Source: Candidatus Versatilivorator sp. (lineage in GTDB: Bacteria; Acidobacteriota; Terriglobia; Versatilivoradales; Versatilivoraceae). Taken from it: DNA of 64,000 nt. Under the pieces are notes generated by a model. The model was not told where the DNA came from. It searched no databases and worked only from the letters and a program-made list of their open reading frames with translations. Shown one piece after another: positions 1-8,914 of this stretch. The DNA is taken from NCBI GenBank assembly GCA_965207735.1, contig OZ242296.1, positions 64,001 through 128,000 on the forward strand, given 5' to 3'. Each line of letters begins with the position of its first letter. The first letter of the stretch is position 1. The translations under genes were made by a program, and so were the position numbers.

Positions 1-812
1 CGGAAGCGGGTGGACTGCTCCAAGAACCGGATGGAAGCAGCGGTCCATTGGGCAGCCGGATCCATCCCGAAAGAGACGACGTTGGTGGGCGCATCGGCGC
101 TCAGGTTCCGAACCGTTTCATCGTCCCAGCCGGCGATCAATGCCCCCTTGGAGGGGATAATGTTCAGCAGCCGCCGGAAGCTTTGTTTGACGGCCGAAAA
201 ATCGGGATAGATGTCGGCATGGTCGAACTCGCAGTTGTTGAAGATGACCATGTCGGGCAGGTAGTGCAGGAACTTGGGACCCTTGTCGAAGAAAGCGGTG
301 TCGTACTCGTCTCCTTCGATCACAAAGTGCTCTCCATCGGCCACCCGAAAGCTGCTGTCGAAATTGCGGGCGATGCCTCCGATCAGAAACGATGGCCGCA
401 GTCCGGCGGACTCCAGCAACCAGGTCAGCAGCGCCGCCGTGGTGGTCTTTCCGTGTGTTCCCGCCACCACCACCGAGGTTGTCCCGCGGATGAAGACTTC
501 CTTGAGGGTCTCCGGCAGGGAGCGGTAGGGAATTTTCTCATCCAGAATCGCCTCCACTTCCGGATTGCCTCGGGAGACCGCGTTGCCGATCACTACCAGA
601 TCGGGGCGGGGCCTGAGATGAGCTTCGGAAAATCCCTGCTGGATCGCGATCCCGCGATCCTGCAGGAAAGTGGACATGGGAGGGTAGATATTCCGGTCCG
701 AGCCGGTGACGCGAAGCCCCTTTTGTTGGAGCATGCCCGCCACCGAGGCCATGGCCGTGCCGCAGATACCGACCAGGTGAATGTGTCTGACGCCGTGCAG
801 AAAATCAACCAT
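1..812 (-). CDS. mpl: Murein peptide ligase Mpl (MurC-like); runs off the window start
   Basis: Not in the ORF track because it is truncated. Minus-strand translation from ATG at 812 gives MVDFLHGVRHIHLVGICGTAMAS...VTGSD...YPPMS, and later VAGTHGKTTT and EGDEYDTAFFDK. Adjacent to an LD-carboxypeptidase. Confidence 0.88.
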   Translation of the reverse strand, partial: MVDFLHGVRHIHLVGICGTAMASVAGMLQQKGLRVTGSDRNIYPPMSTFLQDRGIAIQQGFSEAHLRPRPDLVVIGNAVSRGNPEVEAILDEKIPYRSLPETLKEVFIRGTTSVVVAGTHGKTTTAALLTWLLESAGLRPSFLIGGIARNFDSSFRVADGEHFVIEGDEYDTAFFDKGPKFLHYLPDMVIFNNCEFDHADIYPDFSAVKQSFRRLLNIIPSKGALIAGWDDETVRNLSADAPTNVVSFGMDPAAQWTAASIRFLEQSTRF

Positions 813-884
813 GGGCGGATCTCCCGAGCGGGGAGGCCAAACGGGCGCGGTATCCGATGCGGCTGAGAACAGGGGCGCCGGGAC

Positions 885-1808
885 TCATCTTTCCGCCACG
901 GCTGCTTCCTCGAACTGGAGCCAACGCTGTCCGGCATCCAATCGAACATCCAGACCGAACGGCAGAGTCAGGCATCCGGTGCTGGTGTGCCCCGACGGCA
1001 GACCGTACCAGATGGGGACCTGGAATTCCTTCAAGAGGCCCGTGACGATTTCCGGGATGGCCGGCGCTTGCCCGGCCTGTCCGCAGTCGAACATTTCGCC
1101 GAAAATGAAGGCACGCACGCCCTGCAATTTCCCCGCCAGCTTGAGCTGCATCATCATCCGGTCCACCTGGTAGGGTTTTGCGTTGATGTCCTCCAGAAAA
1201 AGGATCCTGTCCTGAGACTGCAATTCATAGGGTGTGCCGAGAGAGGCGACCAGAAGCGACAGGCATCCCCCGGTCAACCGTCCACGAGCGGTTCCGGGTT
1301 GGAGGGTCAGGCTGCCGGGGGCGTGGAGCCTCCGGCCGGGCCGCGTTCCAGTCAGACAGTTCAGCAGGTTCTCGCGAACGTAGTAGGGCTCTCCCTGGGC
1401 CAACTCCTTGGCCACCATGGGGCCGTGGAAACAGACCAGGCCGCATTGGTTTTCCAGCAACTGCAGCAGGACGGTAACATCGCTGTAGCCCACAAAAATC
1501 TTGGGATGGGCTCGCAGGGTCTCCGGATCCAGCAATTCCAGCAGGTATTGGCATCCGTAGCCACCCCGTGCGCAAATGATCGCCTTGACCCCGGGATCGG
1601 TGAAGAGATTCATAAGCGACTCTGCCCGTTGCCGGTGGGAGCCCGCAAAGTAATGGTGCCTGGCAAAGAGGGAGTCGTCGTAACGGACCTGGAAGCCCAG
1701 TTTCCGGATCTCCGCGACTCCGCGCAGCAGGTCCTCGCGCCGGACACACCCTGAAGGGGCTGCAATTCCGACCGTGTCCCCGGGTTGAAGTGGGCTAGCT
1801 TTCCGCAT
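885..1808 (-). CDS. ldcA: LD-carboxypeptidase (peptidase S66)
   Basis: Motifs ARGGYG, FVGYSD, FHGPM, GGCLSLL, FLED, SGH. Start taken at MRKASPLQPGDTVG. Confidence 0.9.
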   Translation of the reverse strand: MRKASPLQPGDTVGIAAPSGCVRREDLLRGVAEIRKLGFQVRYDDSLFARHHYFAGSHRQRAESLMNLFTDPGVKAIICARGGYGCQYLLELLDPETLRAHPKIFVGYSDVTVLLQLLENQCGLVCFHGPMVAKELAQGEPYYVRENLLNCLTGTRPGRRLHAPGSLTLQPGTARGRLTGGCLSLLVASLGTPYELQSQDRILFLEDINAKPYQVDRMMMQLKLAGKLQGVRAFIFGEMFDCGQAGQAPAIPEIVTGLLKEFQVPIWYGLPSGHTSTGCLTLPFGLDVRLDAGQRWLQFEEAAVAER

Positions 1809-2196
1809 CGATCTGGCGGCGGAGGATCCCCGCCTCTCCAATTCGCTTCAGGATCAATTCTCCCATTTTGGGGTCGGGCCCCAACGGGGGGCTGAGGCGG
1901 ACCGTGACCCGGGGGTGTTTTTGGGCCACTTCCTCCAACATCCTTGGTATATCGGTAGTGGAGTGCCTGCCGGGACCCAGGAAGTAGGGTTGAACCACGA
2001 TCGCGTCCACACCGGCCGCCACACAGGTCTCGAATCCCTGTTGGATGGTGGGCTCCGCCAATTCCATATGGGCATGCTGGACAATCAGGAAACGGGATTT
2101 CGCCCGTATCATTGCGGCAACCTGGCGCACCACTCGATTGGCGTCGGGACGGCGGCTCCCATGGTCGATAATCAGAAGTCCTGTTTTGTCGGCCAT
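1795..2196 (-). CDS. Single-domain CbiX/SirB-type sirohydrochlorin chelatase
   Basis: IIDHGSRR, HMELAEPTI, PYFLGPGRHSTTDIP. Confidence 0.85.
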   Translation of the reverse strand: MADKTGLLIIDHGSRRPDANRVVRQVAAMIRAKSRFLIVQHAHMELAEPTIQQGFETCVAAGVDAIVVQPYFLGPGRHSTTDIPRMLEEVAQKHPRVTVRLSPPLGPDPKMGELILKRIGEAGILRRQIDAES

Positions 2197-2197
2197 T

Positions 2198-3355
2198 TCA
2201 GGACCGATCCTTCAACACGGCCCGGGCGATGGTTTCGAGCTGCATGAACGAGGTCCCTTCATAGATCTTGCCGATCTTGGCATCGCGGAAAAATTTCTCG
2301 ACCGGGTAGTCTCTGGTATAGCCGTAGCCTCCAAAGATCTCGATCACTTCCGAGGCAATCCGCTCGGCCACCCTGGAGGCATAGTATTTGGCCATGGCCG
2401 CCTCCTTGAGGAACGGTATTCCGGCGTCCTTCATCCGGGCCGCGTTGTAGGTCAACAGGCGCGCCGCCTCCAGTTCGGTGGAGAGTTCGGCGATCTGGAA
2501 GCGTATGGCTTGAAATTTGGACAGGGATTGTCCGAACTGCTGCCGCTCCCTTACGTAGCGGGTTCCCTGTTCCAGCGCTCCGGCGGCCAGTCCGATCATC
2601 TGTGCGGCGATCCCGATTCTGCCTTCGTTGAGGGTTTCAATGGAAACCTTGTAACCCTTGCCGCGCTCTCCCAGAACATTCTCTTCGGGCACCCGACAAT
2701 GGTCCAACACCAGCTCGCAGGTGCTGCTGGCGCGGATACCCAGTTTTTCTTCCTTCTTGCCCACCGAAAATCCGGGGAAGTCCCTCTCGATGAGAAAGGC
2801 GGTGATTCCCCGATATCCCAGGTCGGGGTCAAGGGTTGCGAAAAGAATGAAGATGTCGGCCTCCACCGCGTTGGTGGTCCACAGCTTCTGGCCGCTCAGA
2901 AAATAGGCGCCGTCCTTTTCCACCGCCCGGGTCCGGAGCGCAAAGGCATCACTGCCGGCGGACGCCTCCGACAGCGCGTAGGCCCCCACCGAGCCAGTGG
3001 CCAAACGGGGAAGATAGCGGGATTTCTGCGTCTGGCTTCCCCAGTTCAGCAGGGCATTGTTGACCAGAGTATTCTGGACATCCACGATCACGGCGGCAGA
3101 GGGGTCCACCCGGGACAGTTCTTCCACCGCCAGGACGGACATGAAAAAGCTGCCCTCGGCTCCACCCCACTGCTGGGGAATCTGAATGCCCATCAGGTTC
3201 AATTCGAAAAATTGCCGCAGGAGCTGGGGGTCGAACTTCTCCCGGTCGTCCATTTCCTTGACACGGGGGCCGATCTCGGATTGGGCAAAGTCGCGAACGG
3301 CATCCCGGAACAACTCCTCCTCGGTCGTCAATTGGGTCAGGACTGGATTGTTCAT
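2198..3355 (-). CDS. Acyl-CoA dehydrogenase
   Basis: YALSEASAGSDA, GQKLWTTNA, EEKLGIRASST, FGGYGY, IYEGTS. Start taken at MNNPVL. Confidence 0.93.
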   Translation of the reverse strand: MNNPVLTQLTTEEELFRDAVRDFAQSEIGPRVKEMDDREKFDPQLLRQFFELNLMGIQIPQQWGGAEGSFFMSVLAVEELSRVDPSAAVIVDVQNTLVNNALLNWGSQTQKSRYLPRLATGSVGAYALSEASAGSDAFALRTRAVEKDGAYFLSGQKLWTTNAVEADIFILFATLDPDLGYRGITAFLIERDFPGFSVGKKEEKLGIRASSTCELVLDHCRVPEENVLGERGKGYKVSIETLNEGRIGIAAQMIGLAAGALEQGTRYVRERQQFGQSLSKFQAIRFQIAELSTELEAARLLTYNAARMKDAGIPFLKEAAMAKYYASRVAERIASEVIEIFGGYGYTRDYPVEKFFRDAKIGKIYEGTSFMQLETIARAVLKDRS

Positions 3356-3546
3356 GAGAGACAGCGGGGATTCCTGAATTCGAGTTCGGCCGGTTGGCCC
3401 GGGACAAGCCGGCATGGTCCCCGGGCTTCGGCAGTTCAGTTGGAAGGACGCGACCTCGGTCCGGGCGGCGGAACCCTCCAGGCGCCATTGACCCCGCAAT
3501 CGGAGACTGTCGACGCGGACCGTTTCCGTTTCGCCTCGGCCTTCGT

Positions 3547-4359
3547 TCAGACGGGCGGCGGCGCCCGGTGGCGGTGGAGGAAGTCCAGGGTCACGCGATT
3601 GAACTCTTCCGGCCGCTCGATGTTGTGCAGATGGCCGCCATCCCGAAAGATCACCAGCTCGCTGCCGGGTATGGCGGCGGCCACTTCTTGAGCATACATC
3701 GGGGGCAGGGCGAGATCAAAGCTTCCCACCGTGATCAGTGTAGGGACCTTAATCTCATGGAGACGCCCCAGGGCATCATGATCGAGATCCGCCTGGTACT
3801 GTTGCCTGAGCAGTTCGCGATCCGGGAGGTTGGAGACGATGTGTCGAATCTGTTGCTCCACCCGATCGGGATGGCGATGCATGGTTTCCGGCGTGATGAA
3901 CCACAACACGTTGATGGCGTAAAAGGAGGCAAGGTCCAATGTCTCCAGCAACTTGAGCTGAGCCTGGAATTTTCTTGCGGCGTATCCGTGAGCTCGCCCC
4001 CAGGTTCCATGCAGTTGCAGGGTCAGAACCAGATCGGGGTGATTCAAGGTCAATTCCTGGGCGATACAGGAACCCAAAGACAACCCCGAGACATGGGCCG
4101 GACCCAGTTCCAGGGACTGCAGTAGAGAGGCCGCATCCTCGGCCATGAGAGGGACACTCAACGGGACCGGGGGAGCCTCGGTCTTTCCCGTGCCGCGGTT
4201 ATCGAAGCGGATACAGTCGAATTCCTTCCGGTAGGCCTCCACCTGGGGGGTCCAGCAGGAGCTGTCAAGCCCGGTGCCCATGATGAGGATCAGAGGCGGT
4301 CCGTCTCCCTGGCGTTCATAGTGAAGGCGAACTCCCGTCGGAAGATTCAGAAAGGGCAT
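3547..4359 (-). CDS. Alpha/beta hydrolase (PcaD/MenH-like fold)
   Basis: GLSLG nucleophile elbow, FDNRGTG, GGHL...PEEFN. Confidence 0.85.
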   Translation of the reverse strand: MPFLNLPTGVRLHYERQGDGPPLILIMGTGLDSSCWTPQVEAYRKEFDCIRFDNRGTGKTEAPPVPLSVPLMAEDAASLLQSLELGPAHVSGLSLGSCIAQELTLNHPDLVLTLQLHGTWGRAHGYAARKFQAQLKLLETLDLASFYAINVLWFITPETMHRHPDRVEQQIRHIVSNLPDRELLRQQYQADLDHDALGRLHEIKVPTLITVGSFDLALPPMYAQEVAAAIPGSELVIFRDGGHLHNIERPEEFNRVTLDFLHRHRAPPPV

Positions 4360-4570
4360 GGTCGTGAGTGCCGATTCCCTAAAATCCGACATGTTAGCAC
4401 ACGGTCCGGGTGCCCTACCGCATGGACGGGTGCTGCCCGGCAACCCCACCGGCCCAGTCTATCGGCTTGCAAACGTTAACGCCGGCCGCCGTACTCGCGG
4501 CTTACTGAAACAACGCCTTGCGCCGAATGTCGGGAAACCGGTTCAAAGTCAAGCAGGGGCAGATGGTTTA

Positions 4571-4792
4571 TTGACATGGATGGACAGGATTTACGGGATT
4601 ATTTTGGAGGGAGGTTCCGCCGTCTTGAGTTCAGCAATCGCCTATGTTTCAACACCGATTCCCCAAACCGATCCCAGGCTCATGAATCACTTCCAACACC
4701 CACCCGATCATCGAGCGAGTCTGCTTCCTCTGCTTCCTGCGGCGCGGCGTCTCGTCCTGTTTATCCTGTCCATCCTGTAAATCCATGTTCAA
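4571..4792 (-). pseudogene. Decayed GxxExxY-family nuclease remnant between inverted ACAGGAT-type repeat arms
   Basis: Arms at 4571-4600 and 4755-4792 are imperfect inverted copies. The minus strand reads MDLQDGQDKQDE...TRSMIGWVLEVIHEPG, then a frameshifted G..ESV, then IAELKTAE. Confidence 0.6.
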
Positions 4793-5108
4793 TATTATGA
4801 AGTAAGCCGGATTGACGGGACAGGGTCCTTGTTCCTGATAGGCCATGCAAGGTTCGTTGTTTCACGCTCAAACAATCCGCACGGCAGGGTGGGGCTCGGT
4901 TGTGCAGGTTCTTCGTCTCAAGAGTGTGGCCGCAAGATGAGACATGGAGGCCGAGGCCCGGGGCCAGTTTGAAATTGCGCCCGCCAGGGGTTTGCGACTA
5001 AGATACCAGGCTCTTCCGGTGGCCGGTGGCCGGTGGCGCTGCAGGAAGAATTCAGCAGGAAGGTTCCCCGCACTCAGGATTGTCGAGGTCTCAGGAGCGG
5101 TTTCCACG

Positions 5109-5969
5109 ATGCCGAGTCGATTGATCACCGTAGCCCACAGTCCGGATTCGGATGACGCTTTCATGTTCTACGCCCTGGCGAAAAACCGGATCGACAGCGG
5201 CGAGTTCGAGTTCCGGCACGTCCTGAAGGACATCGAGACGCTGAATCGAAGCGCACTGGAGGGCCGTTACGAAGTCACGGCAATCTCCTTTCATGCCTAT
5301 GCCTTTTTGTGCGATCGATACAGCCTGCTGGACAGCGGGGCCAGCATGGGGGATCGCTATGGCCCCCTGGTAGTCTCCAAGAGACCCATGACGCCCGGCG
5401 AACTCAAGGGCAAGGTGCTTGCCATTCCAGGCACCATGACCTCCGCCTATCTGATCATGAGGCTTTTCCAGCCCGACTTCACCCCGGTGGTGGTTCCCTT
5501 CGACCGGATATTTGAGGCGGTGGCCGATGATCGTGCCGATGCCGGACTGATTATTCACGAGGGCCAATTGACCTATTCCAGTCTGGGCCTGCACGCCGTG
5601 ATCGACCTGGGGGAGTGGTGGCACCGGGAAACCGCCCTGCCGTTGCCCCTGGGCGGCAATGCCATCCGCAAGGATCTGGGACCGGCAGCCATTGGACGGA
5701 TCGCCCGGATCCTCAAGCAGAGTATTCAATATGGGCTGGACCATCGGGCTCAGGCACTGGACTACGCCATGAGCTTCGCCAGAGACATGGACCCGCGCCT
5801 GGCGGACCGATTCGTGGGCATGTACGTGAATCAGAGAACTCTTGGCTATGGCGCCGCCGAGCGGCGCGCGGTACGACTGCTATTGGACCGGGGTTACCGG
5901 GAGGGGGTTATCGACCGCCAGGTCGAGGTGGAATTCGCGGACCGGGATGGATCGGACGGGCAGAATTGA
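5109..5969 (+). CDS. mqnD: 1,4-dihydroxy-6-naphthoate synthase (futalosine menaquinone pathway)
   Basis: AHSPDSDDAFMFY, DIETLN, YGPLVV, IIHEGQLTY, DLGEWW, PLPLGG, MYVN. Confidence 0.88.
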   Translation: MPSRLITVAHSPDSDDAFMFYALAKNRIDSGEFEFRHVLKDIETLNRSALEGRYEVTAISFHAYAFLCDRYSLLDSGASMGDRYGPLVVSKRPMTPGELKGKVLAIPGTMTSAYLIMRLFQPDFTPVVVPFDRIFEAVADDRADAGLIIHEGQLTYSSLGLHAVIDLGEWWHRETALPLPLGGNAIRKDLGPAAIGRIARILKQSIQYGLDHRAQALDYAMSFARDMDPRLADRFVGMYVNQRTLGYGAAERRAVRLLLDRGYREGVIDRQVEVEFADRDGSDGQN

Positions 5970-5996
5970 ATCGGGCTTCCCACCAGCCTCCAAACG

Positions 5997-6026
5997 TTGA
6001 CAGGTTCGAAGAAGTCCCCTTATAAT
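5997..6026 (+). promoter_or_regulatory. Sigma70-type promoter of rplU-rpmA
   Basis: Perfect TTGACA (5997-6002), 18-nt spacer, TATAAT (6021-6026), then GAGGT RBS before the ATG at 6050. Confidence 0.85.
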
Positions 6027-6049
6027 CTCGGGCCACGGAACGAGGTGTC

Positions 6050-6376
6050 ATGTACGCAGTGATCCAAACCGCCGGCAAGCAGTATCGGGTGGCCCCTGGA
6101 GAGGTGGTCCGCCTTGACAAGATGGAAGAACAGGTGGGGGAACAGGTCGAATTCGACAAGGTGCTGGCCATTCAGGACGAGGAGCAGTACACCATCGGTC
6201 ATCCCACCGTTGACAAGGCCAGGGTTGTGGGGACGGTGGTCGAGACCGGCAGAGCCAAGAAGATCCGCGTCCTGAAATTCAAGCGTAGAAAACAGTATCG
6301 CGTCCTGCGGGGGCATCGCCAGGCGTTCACTGCCGTCAAGATCGACGCGATCCGCACCGGACCGCAAGAGGATTGA
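6050..6376 (+). CDS. rplU: 50S ribosomal protein L21
   Basis: [14 protein letters not shown]...KFKRRKQY...GHRQ. Confidence 0.97.
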   Translation: MYAVIQTAGKQYRVAPGEVVRLDKMEEQVGEQVEFDKVLAIQDEEQYTIGHPTVDKARVVGTVVETGRAKKIRVLKFKRRKQYRVLRGHRQAFTAVKIDAIRTGPQED

Positions 6377-6389
6377 AGGAGGAGAACCC

Positions 6390-6650
6390 ATGGCCCACAA
6401 GAAGGGAGTGGGCAGTTCCCGAAATGGCCGCGATTCCAATGCCCAACGGCTTGGCGTCAAGCGATTCGACGGCCAGCAGGTCACGGGCGGATCCATATTG
6501 GTCCGTCAGCGTGGGACCAGAATCAAGCCGGGCGCCAATGTGGGTCTCGGAAAGGACGACACGCTCTTTGCCTGCATCGGTGGGCGGGTGAAGTTTGAAA
6601 ACAAAGGACGAAAAGGGCGGTTTGTCAGCATCTATCCCGCGGCTGAATAG
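6390..6650 (+). CDS. rpmA: 50S ribosomal protein L27
   Basis: [24 protein letters not shown]. Confidence 0.98.
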   Translation: MAHKKGVGSSRNGRDSNAQRLGVKRFDGQQVTGGSILVRQRGTRIKPGANVGLGKDDTLFACIGGRVKFENKGRKGRFVSIYPAAE

Positions 6651-6668
6651 AAAAACTCGATCCGGATG

Positions 6669-6717
6669 AATCCCCTGTAGTGGACTTTGGAGGTTCACGG
6701 CAGGGGATTTTGTTTTT
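6669..6717 (+). terminator. Intrinsic terminator after rpmA
   Basis: AATCCCCTG...CAGGGGATT stem followed by TTGTTTTT. Confidence 0.65.
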
Positions 6718-6726
6718 GGAGTCGGG

Positions 6727-7755
6727 ATGTTTCTGGATGAGGCTTCCATCAGCGTCAGGGCCGGAGACGGCGGGGCCGGCTGTGTTGCCTTCCGCCGGGA
6801 AAAGTTCGTTCCCCGTGGAGGACCGAGCGGTGGCGACGGCGGACGCGGCGGGCACATTCATATGCAGGCCTCCATGCGCCACAACACGCTGATCCAGTAC
6901 CGATACAAGAGAGTATTTCGAGCGCGGCGGGGAACTCACGGTCTCGGAAGCAAATGCCACGGCAGGGACGCTCCGGATCTGACGCTCATGGTGCCGGTCG
7001 GCACCGTTGCTCGCGACGCCGGTAGCGGCGATCTGGTTCACGACTTCCTGGTTGCCGACGAAAAAGTTCTCCTGTGTCGGGGAGGCCGCGGAGGCAGGGG
7101 CAACGCGCAGTTCGCCAGCTCGGTGAACCAGGCGCCGAGGCGCTTCGAGTACGGCTTTCCCGGAGAGAGCCGCGAGTTCAAGCTGGAGCTGAAGCTCCTG
7201 GCCGACGTGGGACTGGTCGGCTTTCCCAACGTGGGAAAGTCCACTCTGATTTCGCGCCTTTCGGCTGCCCGGCCCAAGATCGCCAGCTACCCTTTCACGA
7301 CCCTGGAGCCGAACCTTGGCGTGGTCGAGCTGGAGGACTATCGAAGCTTTGTGGTTGCCGACATTCCCGGGTTGATTGCCGGAGCTCATCTCGGTCAGGG
7401 CCTCGGAATCCAGTTTCTGCGCCATATCGAACGGACCAAGGTGCTCTTGCATCTGGTGGACCTGGCGGGAGACCACGGCCGCGATCCGGTAGTCGACTAC
7501 GAGACCGTCAATCGGGAATTGGCCGCCTTCAATCCGGCAATGCTCCGGAAGCCGACCCTGGTAGTTGCCTCCAAGATCGATGCCATGGGCGACTCGACTG
7601 CCCTGGAGGTGCTGAGAAGGGCGGTGCAGGACCGCGGTCTGGACTGTCACTCCATTTCCGCGGTTACCGGCCAGGGTCTTGAGGCCCTCAAGTTCAAGAC
7701 CTGGGGAATGTTGGAGAGTCTGGCCGGGGAAACAGCGCCGGCCGCGGGCAACTAG
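6727..7755 (+). CDS. obgE: GTPase ObgE/CgtA
   Basis: [36 protein letters not shown]. Confidence 0.97.
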   Translation: MFLDEASISVRAGDGGAGCVAFRREKFVPRGGPSGGDGGRGGHIHMQASMRHNTLIQYRYKRVFRARRGTHGLGSKCHGRDAPDLTLMVPVGTVARDAGSGDLVHDFLVADEKVLLCRGGRGGRGNAQFASSVNQAPRRFEYGFPGESREFKLELKLLADVGLVGFPNVGKSTLISRLSAARPKIASYPFTTLEPNLGVVELEDYRSFVVADIPGLIAGAHLGQGLGIQFLRHIERTKVLLHLVDLAGDHGRDPVVDYETVNRELAAFNPAMLRKPTLVVASKIDAMGDSTALEVLRRAVQDRGLDCHSISAVTGQGLEALKFKTWGMLESLAGETAPAAGN

Positions 7756-7768
7756 CCCGCATTTCTCA
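7753..7768 (+). repeat. Solo copy of the CCCGCATTTCTCA repeat end (intron target motif)
   Basis: TAGCCCGCATTTCTCA fills the whole obgE-nadD gap. Confidence 0.6.
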
Positions 7769-8454
7769 TGAATGACGGGATGGTTCGAGTCGGCTTGCTG
7801 GGAGGAACCTTCGACCCCATACACCGGGGTCATCTCCAGCTCGCTGAAGCCGCCCTCGGGGTGGCGGGTCTGGAGCGGGTCTACCTGGTGACGTCGGTGC
7901 GCCCGCCCCACAAGACTCGAAAGACCGAGGCCAATTTTCTTGACCGCCACGCCATGGTGGCTCTGGCCGCCTTGGGCCATCCCCGGCTGATTCCCTCCAG
8001 TCTGGAGTATGGCAGGGAGGGAAAATCCTACTCCGTGGACACCATTCGTCAGTTCAAGCAACGGCTTGGAGCAGCCTCGGAAGTCTTTTTTGTCCTGGGC
8101 ATCGATACCTTTCTGGACATTTCGAGTTGGAAAGATTTTGAGCGTCTGCCCCGACTCTGCCGGTTTCTTGTCTTTTCCCGCCCCGGATTCGATGACAGCC
8201 AACTGGCCCTGAGAATCCCCCGCGGATTTCTCGAGTCAGCCTGTGTGATCGACGAACGGAACCCGATATCTCTGGACCCGCATCGTCGCTGTTATTTGTA
8301 CCGTGAGTTCTCCAACGGTATCTCGTCTTCGGAAGTTCGGGAAAGGATTCGGCGCGGGCAGTCGGTGAATGAGATGCTGCCTCCAGCAGTGCTGGAATAT
8401 ATCGGGGAAAACCGTCTCTACGGAGGAAAGCGGAGAGTGGAGAGTGGAGAGTGA
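7768..8454 (+). CDS. nadD: Nicotinate-nucleotide adenylyltransferase
   Basis: GGTFDPIHRGH, PPHK, SYSVDT, ISSSEVR. Confidence 0.95.
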   Translation: MNDGMVRVGLLGGTFDPIHRGHLQLAEAALGVAGLERVYLVTSVRPPHKTRKTEANFLDRHAMVALAALGHPRLIPSSLEYGREGKSYSVDTIRQFKQRLGAASEVFFVLGIDTFLDISSWKDFERLPRLCRFLVFSRPGFDDSQLALRIPRGFLESACVIDERNPISLDPHRRCYLYREFSNGISSSEVRERIRRGQSVNEMLPPAVLEYIGENRLYGGKRRVESGE

Positions 8455-8471
8455 AGAGTGGAGAGTGGAGA
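8432..8471 (+). repeat. Heptamer tandem array (RAGAGTG)n
   Basis: GGAGAGTGGAGAGTGGAGAGTGAAGAGTGGAGAGTGGAGA overlapping the nadD stop. Confidence 0.85.
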
Positions 8472-8490
8472 TTCTGACACGAGGCCTTTC

Positions 8491-8880
8491 TTGACAATAG
8501 ACGATTCTCACCTCAGGCATGCGTTTGAAGCCGCCCGGGACAAAAAGGCGCACGATCTCATTGTTCTGGATCTCAAGGAGATGACGGCCTTTACCGATCA
8601 CTTCATCGTTTGCTCGGGCAATTCGGCGCCCCAGATCCAGGCGATTTCCAACGAGATTGAAATCAGACTGAAGAAAGTCGGGAAAACCCCCGACCATATT
8701 GAGGGCTACCGGCAGGCACAGTGGATCCTGATGGACTATTCCGAGTTCGTCGTCCATATTTTTTCTCCGGACAGGCGATCCCACTATAACCTGGAGCGCC
8801 TGTGGCGCGGCGCCAGGAGGATTGACGACTCCGCCTCCTCCGCAAGCGCACCTCCCGGTTCGCTGTCTGAAATTTCCTGA
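8491..8880 (+). CDS. rsfS: Ribosome silencing factor (iojap)
   Basis: DKKAHDLIVLDL, WILMDYSEFVVHIF, YNLERLW. The GTG at 8458 lies inside the repeat, so TTG 8491 is preferred; start uncertain. Confidence 0.92.
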   Translation: MTIDDSHLRHAFEAARDKKAHDLIVLDLKEMTAFTDHFIVCSGNSAPQIQAISNEIEIRLKKVGKTPDHIEGYRQAQWILMDYSEFVVHIFSPDRRSHYNLERLWRGARRIDDSASSASAPPGSLSEIS

Positions 8881-8914
8881 GTAGTGAACGGCCTCCGGGG
8901 AGCTTCCGAGGCTT

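Noticed and set aside
8891-8912. Hairpin upstream of the intron suggesting class IIC terminator targeting
   Set aside because: Intron size, a long D6 and an extended EBS1/IBS1 match fit a IIB-type intron, and the hairpin ends 17 nt before the site
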